Shown here: positions 11,089 to 21,494 of the stretch, piece by piece
Layout of the letters: every line of letters starts with the position of its first letter
Position numbering within the stretch: position 1 is the stretch's first letter
Assembly (NCBI GenBank): GCA_014729085.1
Contig: WJKM01000006.1
Location: forward strand, 88,016 to 152,015
DNA: 64,000 nucleotides
From: Candidatus Dojkabacteria bacterium
GTDB lineage: Bacteria; Patescibacteriota; Dojkabacteria; B142; WJKM01
Direction: 5' to 3'
The notes under the pieces: generated by a model
The model's database searches: none
Told to the model about the DNA's origin: nothing
The model's input: the letters and a program-made list of their open reading frames with translations, nothing else
Program-made: the position numbers and the translations under genes

Positions 11089-11370
11089 TAATTTTGAATT
11101 TTAGGTAAATATAGAAAACTATGCTTGTTAATTTATGAATTGAGACTACTTATATTTTATTAAATATAGGGAAAATTACAAGGAAAAGATTCAATTTAAT
11201 ATATTTTTTAGTTAGGAAGGCTAGTAAAAGACGAAGAATTGGAGTTTAGATATAGGAAGTTGGGGATTTAATAACTTTAGTATTGATATGTTATAATATT
11301 TGTGTTCAGAAAGGACTCTGTTACTGTATTTTTTATAATACAAATCCAAATAACAGAGTAATTTTTTATT

Positions 11371-12603
11371 ATGAAAGATAATACAAAACAAACGAAGTTA
11401 CAAGAAGAATTTGCTGATTATGTTGATTCCATAGGAAAGGAGGAGTTCCCCAAAATTTTCCATAAAGGCCAGATTGTTAAGGGTACAATAGTTAAAATGA
11501 AATCTGGTGAAATGATTGTAGACATTGGAGGAAGAACAGAAGGGGTTGTAATGGGTAAAGAAATGAAGCTGGAAGATGAGGTTCTTGATAAAGGGGTTGG
11601 AGATGAGATTCTTGCCTATGTTGTAAAAGGAGAAAATATGCTCGGCCAGATAGAGCTTTCTATACGTAGAAGCAGTATGGCCCGTAAATGGCATGATTTA
11701 TTTGAAGCACGTGAAAATGATACAGGAGTTAAAGTTGAAGTAATTGAGGCAAATACTGGAGGTGTTATAGTTACCATAGGGGGGGGTCTTCGAGGATTTA
11801 TCCCAACTTCTCAATTGGAAAATTCAAGAATATATCCATTAGAAAATTATGGGGATAAGGATAATATAAACAGAGAGTTGCAAAACAAATTAGGAGCCTT
11901 AATTGGTGAGGAATTAGAAGTCAAAGTAATTGAAATTGATAAGGAGAAAAACAGAGTCATATTATCCGAGAAGCTAATGAATGCTGATAGTGATCTGGAG
12001 ATGAGGGAAGATACACTAGCAAGTACTGAAGTAGGAGATGTTTTAGAAGGAAAGGTAACAGGTATTGCCCCTTTTGGTTTATTTGTAAATGCTCAGGGTT
12101 TAGAGGGATTAGTTCACTTATCTGAAATCTCTTGGGACAAGGTCTCTAATCCTGCTGATTTTTATAAAATCGGGGATGAGGTTGAAGTACAGGTAATAGG
12201 TATGCAGGATGGAGGAAAAAGAATAGCCTATTCGATTAAGAGGCTTAAGAAAGATCCATGGGATGAAATAATACATGATTATAAAGTTGGAGATATTGTT
12301 AAAGGAAAGGTTACAAAAGTTGTTGATTATGGGGCCTTTGTGAGAATCGATGATAAAGTCAATGGATTAATACATATCTCAGAGATGTCAGACAAGCTTG
12401 TTAAGGATCCAAAAGATTTTGTTAAGAAGGGGGAAGCAATTGATGTAGAAATAATTTCTATTTCAAAAGAGGAAAGACATTTAGGTTTGAGTATTAAGCA
12501 CAGGCAAGAAGGTGATACGAAAGAGAAAAAACAGGCAAAAACGGAAAAAGATACAGGAGTTGCACCTGAAATGGAAAGTTTAGAGAAAATTCTTCAAGAG
12601 TAA
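11371..12603 (+). CDS. rpsA: 30S ribosomal protein S1 (four S1 domains).
   Basis: Repeated S1/OB signatures: 'GQIVKGTIVKMKSGEMIVDIGGRTEGVV', 'GDVLEGKVTGIAPFGLFVN' and 'GDIVKGKVTKVVDYGAFVRI'. Confidence 0.85.
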   Translation: MKDNTKQTKLQEEFADYVDSIGKEEFPKIFHKGQIVKGTIVKMKSGEMIVDIGGRTEGVVMGKEMKLEDEVLDKGVGDEILAYVVKGENMLGQIELSIRRSSMARKWHDLFEARENDTGVKVEVIEANTGGVIVTIGGGLRGFIPTSQLENSRIYPLENYGDKDNINRELQNKLGALIGEELEVKVIEIDKEKNRVILSEKLMNADSDLEMREDTLASTEVGDVLEGKVTGIAPFGLFVNAQGLEGLVHLSEISWDKVSNPADFYKIGDEVEVQVIGMQDGGKRIAYSIKRLKKDPWDEIIHDYKVGDIVKGKVTKVVDYGAFVRIDDKVNGLIHISEMSDKLVKDPKDFVKKGEAIDVEIISISKEERHLGLSIKHRQEGDTKEKKQAKTEKDTGVAPEMESLEKILQE

Positions 12604-12621
12604 AAAAAGTGGGTTATAATA

Positions 12622-12676
12622 AGGTTCCAATAGCTTAGTAAACTTTTTGGTTTACTATATTGGAACCTTTTTTGTG
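12622..12676 (+). terminator. Rho-independent terminator after rpsA.
   Basis: 'aaggttccaata...tattggaacctttttt' long stem with an inner hairpin, followed by a T-run. Confidence 0.7.
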
Positions 12677-12845
12677 AATATAGTATCTAGCATTAGATTC
12701 TTGAATTCAATACTTAGTTTATGGTTATGAGTAATGAAGAGCAGCCACATATCTTTGAGTTTATCTAAGAAAGTATTAAGTTCAAAAGTCTAAACATTAA
12801 ATACTGATATTTAAAAACTACTTATATTTATTAATTATTTTTTCC

Positions 12846-15389
12846 ATGGGATATGCCCACACTGTTGATCAAATGAAAGAATTAGATAAATTTAGCGAAT
12901 ATGCTAAGAAAGCTATAGTAAATGCTTTTGAGCAAGCAATGAAAGAAGAGGCATCTGAAGTAACGCCTAAACACATCTTTATTGGCATTCTAGAAGATGA
13001 TAAAGGAATATGTCCGCGTCTATTGAACAAATTAGGGGTTGATGTAAATAGAACTCTTAAATCGCTGGATTTTATAAAAGAAGATAAAGATACTAGTCAA
13101 TCTAAAAATTTAAAAATGAATGAAACCTCGAAACAGCTTCTCGTTGATGCTTTTGTTATAGCTAGTGAGATGAATCATGTCTATGTTGGAACTGAACATA
13201 TACTCCTGAGTATATTAAAATTAGAGGATTTAGACTTTGTTAAGGATTTAAACAAAGTAGGAATAGATTATGCAAGCGTTTCTAAAGTTTTGCTTGGTTT
13301 TGCTACTTATCATAAAGGAGTGTTTAAAAAGAGTGAAGATGATATGGATGAGGATGAGGACGGTGACGATTCAACCAGTTCGATTAGTACTTTTGCTCAT
13401 GATATGAATGAGTTAGCAGAGTCAGGGAAGTATATGCCCATTTATGGAAGAGAAATAGAAATCGAAAGAATGATACACATATTGTCCAGAAAAACTAAAA
13501 GCAATCCAATATTAGTTGGGGAGGCAGGAGTCGGGAAAACAGCTATAGTCGAAGGCTTAGTCCAAAAAATTGTTAATAATAAAGTACCCCCTTCATTTTC
13601 AAAGAAAAGGATTGTAAATTTAGATCTTGCCGGAATTATTGCGGGTAGTAAAATTCGTGGAGATGTAGAAGAGCGTATTCTAGGCATAATGAAGGAAGCA
13701 AAGCAAGATCCGAATTTAATATTATTTATTGACGAGATTCATATGATTGTAGGAGCGGGATCTACTGGACAAGGTACAATGGATGTTGCAAACATTCTAA
13801 AACCCTTTTTAACTACCAATGATATTTCAGTGATTGGCGCAACTACCCTTGATGAATACCAAAAATACTTTGAATCAGATAGTGCTTTGACTAGAAGGTT
13901 TCAGTCTATTATTGTTGAAGAAATTGGGGAGGAGGACTCTATTCAGGCTTTAAAAAATATTAGAACTAAACTTGAAAATTTTCATGGTGTGAAAATTGAA
14001 GATAATGCATTGGTGCAATCTGTTAAATTAACAAAACGATACATCACAGATCGGTTTTTGCCAGACAAAGCTATTGATGTCTTGGATGAGGCAGCTGCCG
14101 GGAAAAAGATTTCAAAGGAGGGAGAGATTGATAAATTTACTGAGATTAAAGAAGAATATGAGGATATAAGAAAGTCTAAGGATAAGGTATTGCTTCAAGG
14201 TAAAATAAAAAAGGCAGCGAAACTCAGAAAACAAGAAATCGAAATAAAGAAAAAAATGGATAAGATGACCAAAAAAACAAATTCAAGAAATAAGAGTTTG
14301 AAAGTTACAGATGATGATATAAGGAAGGTAATTGCAGACTTAACAAAAATTCCGGTGGAAAAAATGGATAGTAATGAGATACAGTCGTTAATAAATATAG
14401 AACAATCTCTTCGTAAAAGTATAGTTGGACAGCCCGATGCAATAAATAAGGTAGCGGCAGCAATTAAGAGGTCTAGAGTTGGAATTGGCGACCAGAATAG
14501 ACCATCGGGGTCTTTCCTCTTTTTAGGACCGTCGGGAGTTGGAAAGACAGAGCTAGCGAAAACAATAGCAAAAGAAGTATTTGGCGATGAGTCTTCTTTG
14601 GTTCAAATTGATATGAGTGAGCATATGGAAAAGCATAGTGTTTCAAAATTGATAGGATCCCCTCCTGGATATGTTGGTTTCCAAGAAGGTGGACAGTTAA
14701 CTGAAAAAATTAGAAGGAATCCTTATAGTGTTGTTTTGTTTGATGAAATTGAAAAAGCACATATTGATCTTTTGAATATATTATTGCAGATACTTGAAGA
14801 AGGTCAGTTACAGGATGCAAAAGGCAGGACTATAAATTTCCGAAATACCATTATAATCATGACATCAAATATTGGTGCAGAAGAAGTCATGAAAGATAAT
14901 ATTCTCGGTTTCAATCTTGACCTCGATACTTCAAATGATTCGGAGGAAGAAGAAGGAGAAATGGATGAGGCCTTTAATTTGATGAGGGAGAGATTAATGG
15001 AGAAGTTGAAAGATACTTTAAGACCTGAACTTCTAAATAGAATTGATGAAATTATTGTTTTTAGAGGTTTAAGCGATTCGGATATTACGGATATCATTGG
15101 TTTGGAACTTGAAAAGTTAAATAAAAGATTAGCAGAGAAAAATGTCCATGTAGAGGCTTCCAGAGGAGCAATTAAGTTTATTGCTAAAGAGGGGGCAAGC
15201 AAAGAATATGGGGCTAGGAATGTAAAACGGAAAATTCAGGAACTAATTGAAAATCCCCTTGCTTTGTTAATATTAAAAGAAGGTAAGAATTTTGGTGAAG
15301 AAAAACAAGAGGAACCTCTGTATACTGCTAAGGTTACAAAAGCTCGCGGTAAAAAGGATTTGAATATCAAATTAAACAAGAAGAAATAG
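12846..15389 (+). CDS. Class-III stress AAA+ chaperone of the ClpC/ClpB type, with two nucleotide-binding domains.
   Basis: Clp_N-like N-terminal repeats. Walker A motifs 'GEAGVGKTAIVEGL' (NBD1) and 'FLFLGPSGVGKTELAK' (NBD2). Sensor region 'RPELLNRIDEIIVF'. Confidence 0.85.
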   Translation: MGYAHTVDQMKELDKFSEYAKKAIVNAFEQAMKEEASEVTPKHIFIGILEDDKGICPRLLNKLGVDVNRTLKSLDFIKEDKDTSQSKNLKMNETSKQLLVDAFVIASEMNHVYVGTEHILLSILKLEDLDFVKDLNKVGIDYASVSKVLLGFATYHKGVFKKSEDDMDEDEDGDDSTSSISTFAHDMNELAESGKYMPIYGREIEIERMIHILSRKTKSNPILVGEAGVGKTAIVEGLVQKIVNNKVPPSFSKKRIVNLDLAGIIAGSKIRGDVEERILGIMKEAKQDPNLILFIDEIHMIVGAGSTGQGTMDVANILKPFLTTNDISVIGATTLDEYQKYFESDSALTRRFQSIIVEEIGEEDSIQALKNIRTKLENFHGVKIEDNALVQSVKLTKRYITDRFLPDKAIDVLDEAAAGKKISKEGEIDKFTEIKEEYEDIRKSKDKVLLQGKIKKAAKLRKQEIEIKKKMDKMTKKTNSRNKSLKVTDDDIRKVIADLTKIPVEKMDSNEIQSLINIEQSLRKSIVGQPDAINKVAAAIKRSRVGIGDQNRPSGSFLFLGPSGVGKTELAKTIAKEVFGDESSLVQIDMSEHMEKHSVSKLIGSPPGYVGFQEGGQLTEKIRRNPYSVVLFDEIEKAHIDLLNILLQILEEGQLQDAKGRTINFRNTIIIMTSNIGAEEVMKDNILGFNLDLDTSNDSEEEEGEMDEAFNLMRERLMEKLKDTLRPELLNRIDEIIVFRGLSDSDITDIIGLELEKLNKRLAEKNVHVEASRGAIKFIAKEGASKEYGARNVKRKIQELIENPLALLILKEGKNFGEEKQEEPLYTAKVTKARGKKDLNIKLNKKK

Positions 15390-15436
15390 TTATGTCCGAA
15401 AAGCTATATGTAGAATTTAAATGTAATTTTATCTAA

Positions 15437-16795
15437 ATGTCTAAGCCTAAAAATGTTTTTGTGTGTACTAATTGCGGAGGGGAATTTTCTAGATGGTTGG
15501 GTAGATGTCCAGATTGCAATGAATGGGGAACTCTTTCTGAGGAAGAAAAGGTCGAGACTTCATCTTCTAATAGACAGTATAAAAAAATCAAGCCATTGGA
15601 TCTGTCCAAAGTTAAGAAACAGGAATTGGAAAGAATCAGCTCGAAATTCGGTGAATTTGATAGAGTTTTAGGCGGTTCTACTTTTGATAAAACAACTGGT
15701 TTTACTCCCGGCCAAGTGATTCTATTAAGTGGTGAGCCTGGTGTAGGAAAGTCTACGCTTCTTCTTCAGTTGCTATTGAAATTGGGCGAGGAAAATATAA
15801 AATCGTTATATGTCTCTGCGGAAGAGTCGTTAGCTCAAGTAGCCCAAAGAGCTTATAGAATCAAATCGGGCCAAGAATTTAAACTCGAAGATTACGATGT
15901 AAAAGTCTTAAATGGATATGAGGTTGAAGGTATTATATCGGCTGTCCGAAAAGTTGGACCAAAAATATTAGTCGTTGATTCTATACAGACAATATTTTCC
16001 AATGACAGTAATAGTTTGCCTGGAAGTGTTTCGCAAGTAAAGTTGTGTTCTAGTAAGTTGGTAAACTTTGCAAAGTCTGAGAAAATAGTTTTAATCTTAG
16101 TAGGCCATATAAATAAGGAAGGTATGATTGCTGGCCCTAAAGTTCTTGAACATATGGTAGACAGTATTTTCAGAATAGAAGGTGATGAAAAGACTAATAT
16201 AAAAATTTTAAGAAGCTTAAAAAATAGATTTGGGCCTACGAATGAAATTGGTCTTTTTAAAATGACATCACAAGGTTTGAAAGATTTAAAGGATCCTTCT
16301 AAGATGTTTAAATTTGAGAAGGACGAAAAACTGGTTGGAGTATGCAAGTCAATTGTAGTTGAAGGTCAAAGACCATTGGTAGTAGAGGTGCAGGCTTTAA
16401 CAAATAAAACTCCTTATTCTCTCCCAAAAAGAGTGGCTGAAGGTATTCCTCTAGCCAGGCTTCAGCGTATAGGGGCAATTATTTCAAAATATACAGCTAT
16501 TAATTTTATGGATAAAGATATTTATATAAAGATAGCAGGAGGATTAAAAGTAGATGATCCAGCCATGGATTTGGCAGTTGCTTTGTCAATGATTTCTTCT
16601 TTGAAAAAAAAGTCTCTATCTTTTGATCTAATATCATTAGGGGAGTTAAACCTTACTGGTAGTATATCTGATGTTCCAAGATTTGCAGAAAGAGCAAAAG
16701 AGGCTAAAAGGTTGGGATATAAAACAATTATTTCTTCAAAAAATTATAAGAAAGTCTCGGAATTAGTCAAATTTGTAGTTTCTTCTAAAAAATAG
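15437..16795 (+). CDS. radA: DNA repair protein RadA/Sms.
   Basis: N-terminal C4 zinc finger 'CTNCGGEFSRWLGRCPDCNEWG'. RecA-like Walker A 'GEPGVGKSTLLLQL'. Lon-protease-like C-terminal domain. Confidence 0.88.
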   Translation: MSKPKNVFVCTNCGGEFSRWLGRCPDCNEWGTLSEEEKVETSSSNRQYKKIKPLDLSKVKKQELERISSKFGEFDRVLGGSTFDKTTGFTPGQVILLSGEPGVGKSTLLLQLLLKLGEENIKSLYVSAEESLAQVAQRAYRIKSGQEFKLEDYDVKVLNGYEVEGIISAVRKVGPKILVVDSIQTIFSNDSNSLPGSVSQVKLCSSKLVNFAKSEKIVLILVGHINKEGMIAGPKVLEHMVDSIFRIEGDEKTNIKILRSLKNRFGPTNEIGLFKMTSQGLKDLKDPSKMFKFEKDEKLVGVCKSIVVEGQRPLVVEVQALTNKTPYSLPKRVAEGIPLARLQRIGAIISKYTAINFMDKDIYIKIAGGLKVDDPAMDLAVALSMISSLKKKSLSFDLISLGELNLTGSISDVPRFAERAKEAKRLGYKTIISSKNYKKVSELVKFVVSSKK

Positions 16796-16959
16796 CGCTT
16801 GTTTTTTCATTTAGTATTTTTAAGGTCAAATAAAATAAGGAGATCCATTTTATATATTGAGGTATGTACCCAACTTATTTTCTATAAATAAAAGACTATA
16901 AGGTTGACTATGTGTGTTATTATAGGGTATAATAATTATGTCTTAACTTGCATTTTAAA

Positions 16960-17150
16960 TATTTGTAAATATGTCCCAGAGTCTGGTTCGCATATTTTCC
17001 TGATTCGAAGGTTCGGTCGGGTCTTACTGGACTCTTGGATATGTTTATAAATAATGAATCGTTCACCTTTTCAATCTGAATCATTTATTTGATTCAGATT
17101 AAGAAGGGGGTCGGTTCGGGCAGTGCCGATCCCTTTTTGAAAGTATTTCA
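16960..17150 (+). promoter_or_regulatory. Structured, locally GC-rich 5' leader upstream of rho, with a terminator-like hairpin. Candidate autoregulatory attenuator.
   Basis: 'tcccagagtc...gactcttgga' long-range pairing. 'atctgaatca tttatt tgattcagat' perfect hairpin. 'gggtcggttcgggcagtgccgatccctttttg' GC hairpin plus T-run, about 200 nt before the rho start. Confidence 0.4.
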
Positions 17151-17356
17151 GTATTTTATTGACAGACTTCTCCCAGTTGAATATAATTTGTTTGTTTAGT
17201 CAAAAGTTTAATAAAATATTAAAAATTCTTTTATTTAAGAAAATTTGAATCTAGTTACTTTCCCCTTTGTATAAATTCCTTAACAATCATAATCTAGTTG
17301 AGTTCTTCAGCTGGAATCAAAATTAACAATATTTAATTTCCATAAATACATATATC

Positions 17357-18655
17357 ATGATAAAGAAAAGAAAAGGTACAGATAAAATTGCAGATTCTAT
17401 GACCATACAGGAATTAGAATCCAAAACTTTGGTAGATTTAAGAAAATTAGCAGACGAGCTAAAAATTAAAAAGGCCACAGATTATAAAAAGAGCGAATTG
17501 ATTATTAAAATACTGGAGAAACAAACTGAGCGCGGAGGCAATATTTTTGCAGAAGGTGTTTTGGAAATTATTAATGACGGAACTCATGGTGTATTAAGAT
17601 CCTTGAAATTTTTACCAGGAGATAATGATGTATATGTGTCTGGGTCTCAAATAAAAAGATTTAATCTGAGGCAGGGGGATTATGTCTCTGGTCAAGCGAG
17701 ACCACCAAAGGAAGGCGAAAGGTACCTGAGTTTATTAAGAATTGAAGCAGTAAATAACCAAAATCCCGAAGAAGCTGTAAGTCGGAAAGTATATGAGAAG
17801 TTAGTACCAATATTTCCCGAAGAACAAATAAAACTAGAAACAGATGCCCATGTGATTTCTACCAGAATAATTGATCTATTATCACCTATTGGAAAGGGCC
17901 AAAGAGGGATGATTGTAGCACAGCCAAAGGTTGGAAAAACTTGGCTTCTAAAGGATATTGCAAATGGAATAGCTGAAAATCATCCCGAGATACATATAAT
18001 AGTTTTGCTGGTAGGAGAAAGACCTGAAGAGGTAACTGACATGGACCGATCGGTAGAAGGAGAGGTAGTGGCTTCGAATTTTGATGAACCACCAGAAAAT
18101 CATACTAGAGTCGCAGAGATGGCTCTTGATCGAGCTAAAAGAATAGTTGAACAAGGTAAGGATGTTGCTATTCTCATGGATAGTATTACTAGGCTTGCGC
18201 GTGCATATAATATTACAGCTCCTCCATCAGGAAGAACTTTAAGTGGTGGTTTTGATCCAGTTGCATTGTATCCTCCTAAAAGATTTTTTGGTGCAGCTAG
18301 AAATTTTGAAGATGGAGGAAGTCTAACAATAATGGCAACTGCTTTGATAGAAACCGGAAGTCGAATGGATGAAGTCATTTATGAAGAGTTTAAGGGGACA
18401 GGTAATATGGAATTACATTTGGAGAGGAAGCTAGCTAGAAAGCGTATTTTCCCCGCTATTGATATTTTAAAGTCTGGCACTAGAAATGAAGAAAAATTAC
18501 TAGATCAGAAAGTCTTGGCAGAATCTTGGAGGCTTAGAAGAATGCTTGATACTGTAGGACGAAATGAAGAAGCTACATCGTTGTTGATCGAAAGAATGAA
18601 AAAGACTAAAAACAATACAGAATTATTAGCAACATTACATGAAAATTTGAAATAA
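17357..18655 (+). CDS. rho: Transcription termination factor Rho.
   Basis: Rho_N/CSD N-terminus. Walker A 'GQRGMIVAQPKVGKTWLL'. RecA-like core with 'SGGFDPVALYPPKRFFGAARN'. Confidence 0.9.
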   Translation: MIKKRKGTDKIADSMTIQELESKTLVDLRKLADELKIKKATDYKKSELIIKILEKQTERGGNIFAEGVLEIINDGTHGVLRSLKFLPGDNDVYVSGSQIKRFNLRQGDYVSGQARPPKEGERYLSLLRIEAVNNQNPEEAVSRKVYEKLVPIFPEEQIKLETDAHVISTRIIDLLSPIGKGQRGMIVAQPKVGKTWLLKDIANGIAENHPEIHIIVLLVGERPEEVTDMDRSVEGEVVASNFDEPPENHTRVAEMALDRAKRIVEQGKDVAILMDSITRLARAYNITAPPSGRTLSGGFDPVALYPPKRFFGAARNFEDGGSLTIMATALIETGSRMDEVIYEEFKGTGNMELHLERKLARKRIFPAIDILKSGTRNEEKLLDQKVLAESWRLRRMLDTVGRNEEATSLLIERMKKTKNNTELLATLHENLK

Positions 18656-18774
18656 TAATTTTTTGTGGTATCATATTTAGGTTTCTTTTTGGCATACACA
18701 GATCAATATATTTATGAAGTTAATTCATAAAGGTGATTTGGATAGGTGTCAAATTAAATTTTTAAACCTGTTTT

Positions 18775-19893
18775 ATGAATATTAGTAAAGAAAGTAATGA
18801 TTTTGAGCCACCTAATTTGTGCATAGGTACAATAAGCAAATTTTTCCCCAAACAAACTTCCCATTTAACAAAATACATTCTTAATAGTATTGTATTTTTC
18901 ATGGGCACATTGTTTGTATTAACACCTTTTTTCTCGCCAAATGTGTTAGGAGCTGAAAATACTTCAGACTTAAAGGCCATTGAAGACGAGAGATTAGCAG
19001 ATATGTTTGAGAGGTATGGTTTTGAGAAGGATCAACATATTTCAAGAGGGGAATTGGTAAAAATACTAATTACAGATCAATTTGAACAAGCAGAAATTGA
19101 CTCTTGTTTGATTAAGAGTTTTGATGATGTTGACGAAAACTCTGACTTTTTTAAATACGTTTGTATGGCTAGACGATTCGGTGTGGCCAGGGGTTTTAGT
19201 AATGGAACTTTTCGTCCTGATAAAATCATCGACATTCTAGACGGAAGTAAGATAATATATAAACTGTATAATAAAAAAGCCCAATTTGGAGCAGGAATAA
19301 ATCAAGATGATTTCCTTAAGGAGTTGGATGAAAGAAGACTACTTCCAGGTTCTGTATTTTGCAGGGATCAGGATTTGAGAATAGATCAAATACTAGAAAT
19401 AGTAGATAGAGTAACTAATGATTATAGTGGAGAAGATTTCAAGAAGATAAACAATTTGGAAAGATGCACGGAAAGTTTTATTAGTCCTATGTTAGATTCA
19501 AGTTGTACGAATAATTATTACTTAAGTAGGGGCTGGTCATCTTCCCATACTGGTATGGATTTCGTAGCTAATGAAGCAGAGAATGGCATGGGATGTTGGA
19601 TTATATCTTCGGGTAATGGTGTTGTAGAAGAAGTTGAGAAAGGTGGTACTTTGGGTAACTATATTGTTGTAAGACATGAAAACGGCTATAAAACTCTTTA
19701 TGCACATTTAGCAGATGATGAAACCATAGTTAAAGCAGGAGATGAGGTAGAAGTTGGCCAGAGGTTAGCAAAAATGGGAGACACTGGGAATGCAACAACT
19801 GTTCATTTGCATTTTAGCTTATCGCAGTCTAATGAAGATATTGTAAATCACTATTATAGTAGGATAAATCCAGAGAAAACAATTGATTTTTGA
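18775..19893 (+). CDS. M23 family metallopeptidase with an N-terminal TM anchor and an SLH-like (S-layer homology) motif.
   Basis: M23 motifs 'HTGMDF', 'GNYIVVRHENGYKTLYAHL' and 'TTVHLHFSL'. SLH-like 'FKYVCMARRFGVARGFSNGTFRPDKII'. The probable start is an internal ATG near 18900. Confidence 0.75.
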   Translation: MNISKESNDFEPPNLCIGTISKFFPKQTSHLTKYILNSIVFFMGTLFVLTPFFSPNVLGAENTSDLKAIEDERLADMFERYGFEKDQHISRGELVKILITDQFEQAEIDSCLIKSFDDVDENSDFFKYVCMARRFGVARGFSNGTFRPDKIIDILDGSKIIYKLYNKKAQFGAGINQDDFLKELDERRLLPGSVFCRDQDLRIDQILEIVDRVTNDYSGEDFKKINNLERCTESFISPMLDSSCTNNYYLSRGWSSSHTGMDFVANEAENGMGCWIISSGNGVVEEVEKGGTLGNYIVVRHENGYKTLYAHLADDETIVKAGDEVEVGQRLAKMGDTGNATTVHLHFSLSQSNEDIVNHYYSRINPEKTIDF

Positions 19894-20022
19894 TTGCTGG
19901 ATTTAGTCATAGGTGTATTATATAGATATAAATAAGATTAAAGCGATTTTTTTTTGAGTTTTATCAATTGTTCTATATAATAAGAAGTAAATTTCTGAAA
20001 TAGTTTTATATATATACTGGAT

Positions 20023-21237
20023 ATGCCCGATAAACCAAGGCCACAAACAAATATTACTTCTTTTTTTTCCTTTTTTCCTGATTTAGGAAATTATTTAAGG
20101 TTTCGTTTGAGACAACTTTATATATGGACTTCTTTAATAATTGAATTTTTCCTTAAGATCAGTTCAAATATTAAGAGGGAAGTGGTAAAAAGAATGTTTT
20201 GGGGTAGGAGTACATTCTATAGACAGCTTTTCCATTTAACAATAATTTCAATTACAATTCTGACATTTTTTTCTAGTATTTCTCAGAGAATCGGGGGAGT
20301 TGATCAGGAAGAGGACAGAGGCCTAAATATTGCACAGGGAGCAATTGGTGCAAACGATATGATTCTTCAATATGCTAACGCAAAAACTTTTACAATTAAA
20401 GAAACGGACGAGCTTCCTTTTGAAGTTATTGAGCATACAGTTCAAGAAGGAGAGACTTTAAAGAGCATTGCAAAGCAATATAAGCTAGACGATGTGTCTT
20501 CCATTCAATGGGCAAGCGGAATGGGGCCTTATGATATGAAGATTTTTCCCGGACAGATTTTAACGATTCCTCCTATGAAGGGAGTTTTAAAAAAGGTTGA
20601 AGAGGGCGATAATTTGGATACAATATTAGAAGATGTTAAGAATGCAGATAAGATCACTGTAATTGAACTAAATGATCTGAATCCCCCTGATTATGCTTTA
20701 AGAGCTGGAGAAACCATTTTTATTCCAAATGGAGATATACCTTTACCGAGACCTAGTTCCGGTAGTAAAAAAGGCAAGAATACCGGGGGAAGTTATATTA
20801 ATCTTGCAGATCCCGGTCTAGATGTACCGCCAGGTACATTCGTAAGTCCGGTAGGTGATAGTAGTTGTGCAGGAGTATCTGTAAGTAGAGGGTGGGCTTC
20901 TTATCATACTGGTGTGGATCTTGCTAAAAAAGGCGGTTGCTGGATACGTTCGGTAGGTGAAGGTACTGTAATCAGAGCTAGATGGGGAGGCGGAGGACTT
21001 GGTTTCCATGTTGTAATTCAGCATCCAAATGGATTTTCCTCTTTATATGCTCATGGTACTGGGGATTTTGCAGTCAAGGAGGGGGATTATGTTAATGCTG
21101 GTCAGAAGATAATGTATATGGGAAGTACTGGACGATCTTACGGTACTCATCTGCACTTCAGTCTTTCAGCGAACAATAATAATGTAATATCTTATGGCAA
21201 TAGAATTAATCCTGTTGGTATAGTTCCTTATCCTTAA
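20023..21237 (+). CDS. LysM-LysM-M23 peptidoglycan hydrolase.
   Basis: Two LysM-like segments: 'HTVQEGETLKSIAKQYKL' and 'KKVEEGDNLDTILEDV...IFIP'. M23 motifs 'HTGVDL', 'GFHVVIQHPNGFSSLYAHG' and 'GTHLHFSL'. Confidence 0.78.
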   Translation: MPDKPRPQTNITSFFSFFPDLGNYLRFRLRQLYIWTSLIIEFFLKISSNIKREVVKRMFWGRSTFYRQLFHLTIISITILTFFSSISQRIGGVDQEEDRGLNIAQGAIGANDMILQYANAKTFTIKETDELPFEVIEHTVQEGETLKSIAKQYKLDDVSSIQWASGMGPYDMKIFPGQILTIPPMKGVLKKVEEGDNLDTILEDVKNADKITVIELNDLNPPDYALRAGETIFIPNGDIPLPRPSSGSKKGKNTGGSYINLADPGLDVPPGTFVSPVGDSSCAGVSVSRGWASYHTGVDLAKKGGCWIRSVGEGTVIRARWGGGGLGFHVVIQHPNGFSSLYAHGTGDFAVKEGDYVNAGQKIMYMGSTGRSYGTHLHFSLSANNNNVISYGNRINPVGIVPYP

Positions 21238-21274
21238 GAAAATATTTAAAAATTTCGGTTTAGAAAGACTATAA

Positions 21275-21475
21275 TTACCAGTTTCGCAAGTCAAGAATTT
21301 GAAGACCATCCTCTTCTATGAAGTTTCCTAATTTATTATCTAGGTTGTCTAGAGTTTCATAATTATTCTGTAGTCGTTGCCATACGGACTTTTGTTGTAG
21401 ATTTTTTTTGTTTTTTTGTGTGGCAGTTTTTTTGGTTTTACTCATGGTGCAAAGAAAATTAATTAAATTAAGCAC
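21275..21475 (-). CDS. Small basic hypothetical protein. The likely start is the M of 'MSKTKKTATQKNKK'.
   Basis: Short ORF transcribed divergently from the TrmB-like regulator. Lys-rich N-terminus. Confidence 0.35.
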   Translation of the reverse strand: MLNLINFLCTMSKTKKTATQKNKKNLQQKSVWQRLQNNYETLDNLDNKLGNFIEEDGLQILDLRNW

Positions 21476-21494
21476 CTTAACATTTTAGTTTAGA

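Noticed and set aside
11280-11370. Inverted repeat 'ctctgttactg...caaataacagag' in the rpsA leader, as a possible S1 autoregulatory element.
   Set aside because: Plausible but too short and AT-rich to distinguish from chance. Not called as a feature.
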